DNA of 20,000 nt, taken from the IMG/VR virus record IMGVR_UViG_2718218115_000003. One strand, 5' to 3'. Below are positions 1 to 7,216 of this stretch, piece by piece. The position numbers and the translations under genes are program-made. The notes beneath the pieces were generated by a model. The model made no database searches. It was given only the letters and a program-made list of their open reading frames with translations, and had not been told where the DNA came from. The stretch comes from an uncultured virus (IMG/VR IMGVR_UViG_2718218115_000003) (taxonomy: Duplodnaviria > Heunggongvirae > Uroviricota > Caudoviricetes). How positions within the stretch are numbered: position 1 is the stretch's first letter; the number at the start of each line of letters is the position of its first letter.

Positions 1-533
1 TTGATGGAATGGAGCAAGCCATTGATCAACGTGTTGCTAATGCAATTATTGATGCAGCAAATACAATTTTATCTGCAAAGCAAAATGATCAAGATATTGT
101 TGAGTTTGTAAAGCAGCAAGGGCTTTTTGAGGATCTAGGAGAAGGTGTTGCTGAGCTCGCCGTATTTCTCGCCAAGAATAGCCGCAGTTCAAAAAAAATG
201 AGTATGTTATTTAAAGCTTTAGCTGAATTTGCAGAGAAACAAGCTTTAGATAGCAGCAATGTAGGATTGTTTGGTGAACCTGAACCAGTAAGTGTAAAAG
301 ATGCTATCCAATATGCACAACAAGTGCTTGGTGATGATTTCATTAGTGTGCAAATGTACGATTCATTGGTTGATTCCAGCAGTTCAAGTAGCCCTAAAAT
401 AATTCGATTAACGAAAGAGGGAGCTGAACGTTTCCACAGTGCTTTGAAAGCTAAAATTGATCAAAGTAATGACAAAGAAAATCATGAAGGGAACAAAATT
501 AATGACATTCTTTTCGAAGAATTAGATGTTTAG
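1..533 (+). CDS. C-terminal part of a phage polyvalent/DdrB-like virion protein (5' end lies outside the window)
   Basis: The frame is open from the window edge (gat gga atg...) to TAG at 531-533. The helical, acidic sequence with 'NSRSSKKM...LFGEPEP' resembles the tail of DdrB-like ParB domains of large polyvalent proteins (recognition from memory). It sits directly upstream of a DarB-like gene. Confidence 0.5.
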   Translation, partial: DGMEQAIDQRVANAIIDAANTILSAKQNDQDIVEFVKQQGLFEDLGEGVAELAVFLAKNSRSSKKMSMLFKALAEFAEKQALDSSNVGLFGEPEPVSVKDAIQYAQQVLGDDFISVQMYDSLVDSSSSSSPKIIRLTKEGAERFHSALKAKIDQSNDKENHEGNKINDILFEELDV

Positions 534-536
534 ATC

Positions 537-579
537 TGGAACCTACTAAAAATTAGATACTTACGATCATTCAACATAG
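537..579 (+). promoter_or_regulatory. putative phage late-promoter motif, copy 1 (TGGAAC-N10-TTA-N20-ATAG)
   Basis: TGGAAC at 537-542 and ATAG at 576-579. The same 33-nt spacing recurs at 5019-5061 and 6859-6901, each time just upstream of a gene block. Confidence 0.6.
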
Positions 580-600
580 GAATGTAAAGTTCCTATGTTG
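572..600 (+). repeat. 11-bp perfect inverted repeat abutting the RBS of the helicase-MTase gene
   Basis: CAACATAGGAA (572-582), 7-nt loop, TTCCTATGTTG (590-600), then AGGGA and ATG at 609. Confidence 0.8.
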
Positions 601-608
601 AGGGATAT

Positions 609-3600
609 ATGTCCATTTTAAAGCTCAAACCAATCACTAAAGACACAGTATTGGTTGCGATTTATTACATGATTGATTTCATGCATTATCAGAGCAATAT
701 TGCTCGATTTTTCCTTCTTATAATCCATAAGCAAATAGAACTTAACTTGTCTGTAGCAAAGCAAGCTTTAGCTTTTGCCCGTCAAGAAAGTGACTTTCCA
801 AAATTGGATGAAGTTATTGAAGTCTTATATAACGAGGCTATCAAAAACATTGATGAATCAGTTATCCAACACCTTAATAATAGTTCCAGAAATGTTATTG
901 AACAGCTAGAGACTATTGTCAGTCTTTTTGCTTGCGATAAAGAGCTAAAGGCTTACACCACTAAAAAGAATAAAACATTACAGGTTATTGGTCTTAAAGG
1001 CATCAAATTAACCAAAGCTAAAGAGTTTGACCCCTATGCCTTTTATTATCAGGGTGAAATTCTTGTACGCTCAAAACATCTTAAAGCTATTCCAGACTCT
1101 CTTCTTTCAGAAGATCAGCAACTTGTAAAAGGATTATTCTTACATGTATCAAATACCAATTCAGATGTGGAATCAGTTGGCGAATTTCGTCTCAGATCCA
1201 GAGGACCAATTGTTTCTACAACTGGATCAGGAAATGATGAATTTGAGGCTTCAGAAGCAATCAGAAATGATGGAGAAATTGGGGTACTCCGAGACAGTAA
1301 TTCTGGCTTATCAAAAAGTAATGATGCAAGTTTATCTAGCGTCCGAAATCCAAGAAATGAATCTTCAGATGGAAATAGTAGAGCCAGTACTAACCGGATT
1401 AACAGCAGCGGAGGCGGTGAACTATCTGGTAAGAGATCATCTCTTAAACGAGCAAGAGATCGATCAATTGTACAATCTGCTAAATCAGTTAGAGCTGCCA
1501 TAGATGAAAAGCTAGAAGCTCAATTAAAAGCAGATAATGTAGAAACAATTTGGAGCGATGCTTCAAATATTGACGCAGCTTTGCCATATCTGCAACTGGC
1601 ACAACGTGGTGATGTTTTAAAAACTGAAAAGCGGTTAATTGAGGAAAATAAGAAGGGTATTCTTTTTACTAACGGCACTGGTACAGGTAAAACCTTTACT
1701 GGGCTTGGAGTGGCAAAGCGTTTTATTAATGCTGGTCTCAAGAATATTTTGATTGTTACCTTGAATGATAAGATTGCAAATGACTTTGTAAAAAGCTCAA
1801 GTCCGTTGAATATCAAAGCTTACAAATTAAAAAGTATTAAAGATAACGGCGGTGATGAACACACAGTCGTGGTCACAACCTTTGCTAATTTTGGACAAAA
1901 TAAAAGTTTAGTTCACAAACATTGGGACCTGATATTAATTGATGAGGCACATACTCTATCGCAATCATCCGATGGTAAAGCAACTGCAGCATTAAACAAA
2001 CTAAGAGCATTAACCGGGCATTTGCATGGTTTTAGTGAATGGTTTGAAGATAAATTTGCTGATCAGATGCCAATTGAAGAGCTCGATGAAGATGGTAAAG
2101 AAACAGAACAATACCTAAGTGCTTATAACAAAATGCAGATCCTTCGAAATGAACAACGAAAGATCTGGAATTTGAATTGGAAACACCAGAAAAGTAAGGT
2201 CAAAGTTGTTTTCTTATCTGCTACGCCATTTAGTTATCACTTTTCACTTGATTGGGCGGAAGGCTATTTATTTGATTATATGTCTCCTTCAGTATCTGTT
2301 GATGACCAAGGTAATTTAGCTGAAGGCTTTAGTAAGGCTCGAGAGCACTTCTATATGGGAAATCTTGGATATCGAAAGCGATATGGTAAGTTGACGCGAC
2401 CAGAAGCAAAGGTGGATACAGGTGTACTTGAAAGACAGTTCGCCGAAAATCTTAAAAACACTGGTGCTATGTCTGGGCGGGATTTAGAAGTAAATTTTGA
2501 CTATGATCGTAAATTCATTCTAATTGGCTCTCGTGTTGGTGAACTTATTGATGAAGGTTTAACTTATCTTCGCAATGGTTATAAAGAAATAGAAGGGCAC
2601 AAAACACGAACTTTTGAAGAATGGGCTGCTCAAACTGGTAAACCAACAACAGGCTGGGGACGTCATGCCTCTATGCAAGAATATGATCGGCTATTCACTG
2701 GCAACCGATTTAAAAACATATACGAAATTATTGCAAAACGCTTTGATTACTTAGCAAGACGCCTTTTGTTAGAAGCTATTAAAGCTGAAGCTTGTGTTGA
2801 TATGGTGAAAAAGCACTTAGCATTAGGTCGTAAAGTAGTAATTTTTCATGACTATAACGAGGGCGGTGGTTTTGCACCTTTCTTGATTAGTAAGCTTGAT
2901 ATCGAAAAATATGAAAGCCCACTTAGAGAAGATATTGAGCTTGAATATAATGCATTCAAAGAAAATAGACCGGATCTAGTAAATCTCAATCTTGATTATG
3001 ATTCACCTGTTGAAACTTTAAAGAATGCATTTCCTAATGCTCTTTTATTTAATGGCCGTCTTTCAAAGCAACAACGTGAAACTAATGTAGCGTTATTTAA
3101 TACTGATGATAGCGGGCACGATATTCTCATTCTGCAGTCAGATGCTGGTTCTACTGGGATTAGCTTGCATGATACAACTGGTAAACACCAGCGAGTACTC
3201 ATTAATATTGGTCAACCAACAAAGCCAGCCAAGTTGAGACAGACGGAAGGGCGTATCTATCGAACCGGACAAGCATCAAATGCTATTCAGAGATACTTGA
3301 CTACTGGTACTGCATGGGAACGGGCTGCATTTGCAGACACGATTGCTGGACGCGCAGAAACAGTAGATAACTTTGCAAAAGGTGCTGATGCTGTAGTAAG
3401 TATCAAAGAAGCGTTAATTCAGGCTTATGAAGAAGCTAAATATGAAGAGCCAAGTCTAAATGATGGTATTGGCGGTAAAGCATATGATGAAGAAAATGCC
3501 CGTATTGCTAAGTTAACCCCATTTGATCAAGCACTAACATTCTACTATGCCAAAGGCAAACGTTCTGAAAGTCGTAATAACCGCGAAGGTAAGGAATGGT

Positions 3601-4439
3601 ATGCAACGCCTGAACCTCTAGGATTCAAAATGATTGAATGGGCAGGGGTACACACTGGCGATTCTGTGCTTGAGCCTAGTGCTGGTGATGGAGCTATTGG
3701 TCGTTTTGTTCCGCAGGATGTAGAGTTGACAATGATTGAACCGACTGAGTCTTTAGCTAGTCGTGCTCAAATGGCAAATACAGGTGCTAAAGTAATTGTT
3801 GATACATTCGAATCTTTAGAATCATTAAATAAGTACCATGCGATTGTGATGAATCCGCCATTTGGTCATGCTGGCACTTTGGCAATTCAACATATCAAGA
3901 AGGCTTTTGGTCATCTTTATGATGGTGGTCGGATTGTGGCCTTGGTACCACGTGGTTCGATGGATTCTAAAGTGGACGAATTTATTGATAGTACACCTGG
4001 TGCAATTCTGACAGCTGAAATCTGGTTGCCTCAATCGACCTTTAAAAATGCTGGTACCGCCGTTTCAACTCGTATCATCATTATTGAAAAACATGCAGGC
4101 TCTAATGATGTTCCAAAAACACGAGAATTAGACTTCACGCACCTTACAAGTGTAGAGGATCTATTTTCAGAAATTCGTGATATCGCAATGCCTCCTAGAA
4201 AACTACGTATTGATGAGCAGCTTGCTAAGTACGAACTTTATGTCAGAACTGAACGTAGTAAGTATGTTTTCAATGGTGACGGCGTTGATAAACCTCAGAT
4301 CAAGAATATCATGCTCAAATTCTGGGGTTCGGAAGTGAATGAGTTTGATGAAATTGTTATGCCTTATAATAAGTCTGCAGAAATCATCAAGAAGATTGAT
4401 GAATTTGAGCAAGAGAATGGCACTAGTCTAGCAGCTTAG
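609..4439 (+). CDS. DarB-like polyvalent protein: SF2 (strawberry-notch-like) helicase fused to a C-terminal N6-adenine DNA methyltransferase
   Basis: Helicase motifs: Walker A NGTGTGKT, Walker B DEAH, motif III SAT, STGISLHD and QTEGRIYRTGQ. MTase motifs from about 3590: WYATP, SAM-binding VLEPSAGDG, catalytic MNPPF. SD GAGGGA precedes the ATG. Confidence 0.85.
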   Translation: MSILKLKPITKDTVLVAIYYMIDFMHYQSNIARFFLLIIHKQIELNLSVAKQALAFARQESDFPKLDEVIEVLYNEAIKNIDESVIQHLNNSSRNVIEQLETIVSLFACDKELKAYTTKKNKTLQVIGLKGIKLTKAKEFDPYAFYYQGEILVRSKHLKAIPDSLLSEDQQLVKGLFLHVSNTNSDVESVGEFRLRSRGPIVSTTGSGNDEFEASEAIRNDGEIGVLRDSNSGLSKSNDASLSSVRNPRNESSDGNSRASTNRINSSGGGELSGKRSSLKRARDRSIVQSAKSVRAAIDEKLEAQLKADNVETIWSDASNIDAALPYLQLAQRGDVLKTEKRLIEENKKGILFTNGTGTGKTFTGLGVAKRFINAGLKNILIVTLNDKIANDFVKSSSPLNIKAYKLKSIKDNGGDEHTVVVTTFANFGQNKSLVHKHWDLILIDEAHTLSQSSDGKATAALNKLRALTGHLHGFSEWFEDKFADQMPIEELDEDGKETEQYLSAYNKMQILRNEQRKIWNLNWKHQKSKVKVVFLSATPFSYHFSLDWAEGYLFDYMSPSVSVDDQGNLAEGFSKAREHFYMGNLGYRKRYGKLTRPEAKVDTGVLERQFAENLKNTGAMSGRDLEVNFDYDRKFILIGSRVGELIDEGLTYLRNGYKEIEGHKTRTFEEWAAQTGKPTTGWGRHASMQEYDRLFTGNRFKNIYEIIAKRFDYLARRLLLEAIKAEACVDMVKKHLALGRKVVIFHDYNEGGGFAPFLISKLDIEKYESPLREDIELEYNAFKENRPDLVNLNLDYDSPVETLKNAFPNALLFNGRLSKQQRETNVALFNTDDSGHDILILQSDAGSTGISLHDTTGKHQRVLINIGQPTKPAKLRQTEGRIYRTGQASNAIQRYLTTGTAWERAAFADTIAGRAETVDNFAKGADAVVSIKEALIQAYEEAKYEEPSLNDGIGGKAYDEENARIAKLTPFDQALTFYYAKGKRSESRNNREGKEWYATPEPLGFKMIEWAGVHTGDSVLEPSAGDGAIGRFVPQDVELTMIEPTESLASRAQMANTGAKVIVDTFESLESLNKYHAIVMNPPFGHAGTLAIQHIKKAFGHLYDGGRIVALVPRGSMDSKVDEFIDSTPGAILTAEIWLPQSTFKNAGTAVSTRIIIIEKHAGSNDVPKTRELDFTHLTSVEDLFSEIRDIAMPPRKLRIDEQLAKYELYVRTERSKYVFNGDGVDKPQIKNIMLKFWGSEVNEFDEIVMPYNKSAEIIKKIDEFEQENGTSLAA
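1144..1503 (+). CDS. overprinted 119-aa acidic helical protein nested in the +1 frame of the helicase-MTase gene
   Basis: AAAGGA at 1128-1133, 10 nt before ATG 1144. The product is L/Q/E/M-rich and protein-like. It coincides with an S/R/G/N-rich low-complexity linker in the host frame. Confidence 0.6.
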   Translation: MYQIPIQMWNQLANFVSDPEDQLFLQLDQEMMNLRLQKQSEMMEKLGYSETVILAYQKVMMQVYLASEIQEMNLQMEIVEPVLTGLTAAEAVNYLVRDHLLNEQEIDQLYNLLNQLELP

Positions 4440-4458
4440 AAATCTTTTAAATATTTAA

Positions 4459-4490
4459 AAAAGAGGTATAAGAAAACTTATACCTCTTTT
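4459..4490 (+). terminator. rho-independent terminator, probably bidirectional
   Basis: AAAAGAGGTATAAG-aaaa-CTTATACCTCTTTT, a 14-bp stem 20 nt after the helicase stop. Confidence 0.85.
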
Positions 4491-4564
4491 GTATTGTTTA
4501 CATTTTAAATAGAATAACTTTATTATATTAAGATTCATTAATTTATTATATTTAAAGGAAAAAT

Positions 4565-5014
4565 ATGAAATTTGAAGAGTTAAAGAATTTATTAGCTAAT
4601 ACGGGCTTTTATAAGGTTGAAAATGCTGAAACATATGTAGCATTAGACGATATTGATTTGAAATTTCATTTAATAAATGAGACTCAAGTTGCCGATGATA
4701 GTCGTGATCGCACTATTTCAGCGATTAAAAATGCCTTTAGACAGGATATGCATAGTTTTAAAATCAGTGTTTTTCAATTAAATATTACTTATAATGGGGA
4801 GCTAGTTCAAAGTTTTGATATTCATAAAATTTCTGGTTTTGAATCATATACTGATGACAAATTAATTGAATTATACTTCCCAATTCAAAATGGTAAACTT
4901 ATATATACGCCGATTCCTGAAGATGATATTTTCAGACGAGCGATCATTCGTAATTTAAATTCTAAACAAGCTTTTGAAATACTTTCAGAGTCTTTCAGTC
5001 CATCAATTATTTAA
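4565..5014 (+). CDS. hypothetical protein, AT-rich moron
   Basis: 149-aa ORF with SD AAAGGA. Candidate sigma70 promoter TTTACA (4497-4502)-18 nt-TATTAT (4521-4526). Bracketed by terminators. Confidence 0.75.
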   Translation: MKFEELKNLLANTGFYKVENAETYVALDDIDLKFHLINETQVADDSRDRTISAIKNAFRQDMHSFKISVFQLNITYNGELVQSFDIHKISGFESYTDDKLIELYFPIQNGKLIYTPIPEDDIFRRAIIRNLNSKQAFEILSESFSPSII

Positions 5015-5018
5015 TATC

Positions 5019-5061
5019 TGGAACTAGCAATTCGTTAATAAAGTGAATTGCTAAATAATAG
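5019..5061 (+). promoter_or_regulatory. putative phage late-promoter motif, copy 2
   Basis: TGGAAC 5019-5024, TTA 5035-5037, ATAG 5058-5061. Confidence 0.6.
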
Positions 5062-5088
5062 TCCTATCTTTTATGGTAGGGCTTTTTT
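5060..5088 (+). terminator. terminator-like hairpin that also contains the RBS of the 5089 gene
   Basis: AGTCCTATC-ttttat-GGTAGGGCT (with G:U pairs) followed by a T run directly before ATG 5089. Confidence 0.55.
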
Positions 5089-5901
5089 ATGTCCAAAGCT
5101 TTAGCTTATGCACCAGCTGTCAATACAGCTAAAACAAAGTTGCCCAGTACTGAATCAGATCCTTTCTATGGCTCAATTTCAAAGCATAAATATGCTGAAT
5201 TTTCACTTTGTGATAAAGATGGTAACCCAGTAGCATCACCAGTTATTCGTGCTTTGTTGACAGACGGCGACAAAAGTATTGAGAGTCAATGGCAAACTCC
5301 ATTTGAAAATAGCAATCCAGAACTAAAGATGCCTATGTTGATGGCTAACTTGCAAACTGGGCAAATGCTTCAAGCTGCAGCTACTCTAGGAGAAAACTCA
5401 CCCTTTATTTCTGCATTAAGCGATATGGCATCAGGACCTTTAGCAACGGCTGAAAATGCGCTTAAGAGCGTTGAAGGGCGAACTAATTTAACCAAAGTAA
5501 ATACAACTCAAGTATTCCTTTCAACATCATCAGTACGTCTTAATTTATCAATCTTTTTCTTGGCCTTTAGTGATGCAAAATCCGAAGTTGAAGACAAGAT
5601 CATGCAGTTGGAGGCTTGGAGCGTACCAGTATCATTATCTTCTGAGTCTACACTGCAGAATGTTGTCAATGATTCAAATACTACTTTAGAAGGCTTGTTT
5701 TCAGGTGTCATTCCACCGTTTGTATCTCTTACTACTCACGGCAAAACTTATAAGCCTTTCATTATTGAAAGCGTTTCCGCGCCAATTGTCGCGCCCATTG
5801 ATGAAAAGGGGAACCGGTTAAGTTTGGCCGTCAATATTAGTTTGTTGAGTCGAACTGCATGGGATTCGAAAGATATTTACTCATTGTATGGAGTCAAATA
5901 A
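5089..5901 (+). CDS. phage morphogenesis protein (putative tail-tube initiator/baseplate protein)
   Basis: 270-aa ORF with beta-rich C-terminal pattern (PPFVSL...FIIESVS..V.ISL) like contractile-tail tube-fold proteins. Late-gene context. Function is inferred. Confidence 0.55.
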   Translation: MSKALAYAPAVNTAKTKLPSTESDPFYGSISKHKYAEFSLCDKDGNPVASPVIRALLTDGDKSIESQWQTPFENSNPELKMPMLMANLQTGQMLQAAATLGENSPFISALSDMASGPLATAENALKSVEGRTNLTKVNTTQVFLSTSSVRLNLSIFFLAFSDAKSEVEDKIMQLEAWSVPVSLSSESTLQNVVNDSNTTLEGLFSGVIPPFVSLTTHGKTYKPFIIESVSAPIVAPIDEKGNRLSLAVNISLLSRTAWDSKDIYSLYGVK

Positions 5902-6596
5902 TGATTACATTTGATCCGGTGCCAATAGGCGATAGTACTTTTCAAATGCATGAATTAAGTTTTGAGCAATGTCTTAAAATTTCGATCATTGCCCCGAATT
6001 TAAATGAAAAAAGACTTTCAGCCTTTGTGAAGTCAGTTTTAGATAATGTGGATCCTTTACTTTTAACAATTCAAGAGCGGTATTTATTGCTGCTTAAGTA
6101 TCTTGAGAAACAAAGTAATACTATGTTGGAGGTGAACACTGACTGGTCTAAAGTTTTCCTTCAATCAGAAAATAATTGGAAAACTGAAACTACGCAAAAT
6201 GGAATTACGGTTAGACAGCTTATTGGAATGGAAGCGGAGTTCTTAGAGGCAAATTGTAAGAATGTCGCTGAATGGATTGCCTGCATGATGGCTTTTCAGT
6301 TGAGTTATTCTAATCATGAGCACTTAGCTTTATTACCGGATAGAACAAATCCTAAATTATTTGAAGAACGATTTAAGCAGCGGCTAGATTTTATTAAGAA
6401 AATGCCAGCTAGTGATTTTGATTTGTGCTATCAAGACTTTAATAATTTAAACAATGAGTTATTTACTCATTTACGGTTAAGCGTTGATAACCACGGTATT
6501 TTAGTGGAAAGAGGTGCAGATGACGCGCCTGCACGATTTCGCACCGCTTCCATCTTTACAGGAATCATCAAAGAGTTGGACCGATCTTTTGCTTGA
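5901..6596 (+). CDS. putative baseplate hub/tail assembly chaperone (T4 gp26/gp51-like position and pattern)
   Basis: Start reassigned to ATG 5901 (TAATG overlap with the upstream stop; SD GGAG at 5890-5893). 231 aa. Function is inferred. Confidence 0.55.
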   Translation: MITFDPVPIGDSTFQMHELSFEQCLKISIIAPNLNEKRLSAFVKSVLDNVDPLLLTIQERYLLLLKYLEKQSNTMLEVNTDWSKVFLQSENNWKTETTQNGITVRQLIGMEAEFLEANCKNVAEWIACMMAFQLSYSNHEHLALLPDRTNPKLFEERFKQRLDFIKKMPASDFDLCYQDFNNLNNELFTHLRLSVDNHGILVERGADDAPARFRTASIFTGIIKELDRSFA

Positions 6597-6807
6597 GACA
6601 GCAAGTAGTATTTCTGAAAACTGCCCAATGCCTTTATCGGATGCATTAAAAATGCCTTTGAGTTTTGAAAGTACTTACTTCAATTCATCAGCATGGGAAA
6701 ACCGCAAGAAGTATTTAGAAAATGAAATTGAACGTCATAACGTATTCTTAAAATTAGGTCAAGAAGTCATTAAGGGATTAAATGCCCTAGCAAGTAGAGG
6801 CCGATAG
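6514..6807 (+). CDS. small tail-assembly chaperone partner ORF (start uncertain; overlaps the previous gene in the +1 frame)
   Basis: 'MPLSDALKMPLSFE...ENRKKYLENE' resembles the 'S.SE...MP' pattern of the small ORFs that follow tail chaperones (P2 gpE'-type). Followed by a terminator. Confidence 0.5.
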   Translation: MQMTRLHDFAPLPSLQESSKSWTDLLLETASSISENCPMPLSDALKMPLSFESTYFNSSAWENRKKYLENEIERHNVFLKLGQEVIKGLNALASRGR

Positions 6808-6818
6808 TTTTCATGTAG

Positions 6819-6845
6819 AAAAGTCTGATTAATTTAGACTTTTTT
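6819..6845 (+). terminator. rho-independent terminator
   Basis: AAAAGTCT...AGACTTTT followed by a T run, after stop 6807. Confidence 0.7.
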
Positions 6846-6858
6846 CGTGCTTTGTATT

Positions 6859-6901
6859 TGGAACCATACTCTATTTAGAACAATAACACTTGCAAAAATA
6901 G
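6859..6901 (+). promoter_or_regulatory. putative phage late-promoter motif, copy 3 (lysis cassette)
   Basis: TGGAAC 6859-6864, TTA 6875-6877, ATAG 6898-6901, 27 nt before the holin ATG. Confidence 0.6.
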
Positions 6902-6928
6902 CTCCAAATGAAACGTGGGGAATAGGTC

Positions 6929-7216
6929 ATGTCTGATCATCAGGCAATTGAAGTCACAGTCACAACTTTTGCTAATAAAACTACCTTCTGGAGTGGTTTA
7001 GCAAGCGCATTTGGTTCTTTAACTTCAATTAATTGGTTGAGCTATACAGGTGCAATAGTGGCTGTTGTTGGCCTATTCATAAGTTTCATTTTTCAGTGGA
7101 GACGTGACCGCAGAGAACGTAAAGAAAGTGAATTACGTGAAAAAGAAAGCGAATTACGAATCAAAGCTTTAGAAGCTCTAGAGCAAGATAATTTACGAAA
7201 GAGGAAAGATGAATGA
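6929..7216 (+). CDS. putative holin
   Basis: 95 aa with hydrophobic segment(s) ending AIVAVVGLFISFIFQW and a highly charged tail (RRDRRERKESELREKESELR). ATGA overlap with the endolysin gene. Confidence 0.75.
   Translation: MSDHQAIEVTVTTFANKTTFWSGLASAFGSLTSINWLSYTGAIVAVVGLFISFIFQWRRDRRERKESELREKESELRIKALEALEQDNLRKRKDE
7121..7158 (+). repeat. 21-nt-period tandem repeat in the holin tail (KESELRE/KESELRI heptad)
   Basis: AAAGAAAGTGAATTACGTGAA followed by AAAGAAAGCGAATTACG. Confidence 0.8.

Noticed and set aside
537..542. GGAAC as an ECF sigma -35 element
   Set aside because: No conserved ECF -10 at 16-17 nt in the three copies; the conserved partner element lies 33 nt away.
1115..1501. 128-aa minus-strand ORF over the same linker as the nested gene
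   Set aside because: No SD, S/L/P-rich shadow composition, and antisense to two plus-strand frames. Best explained as a by-product of their codon constraints.
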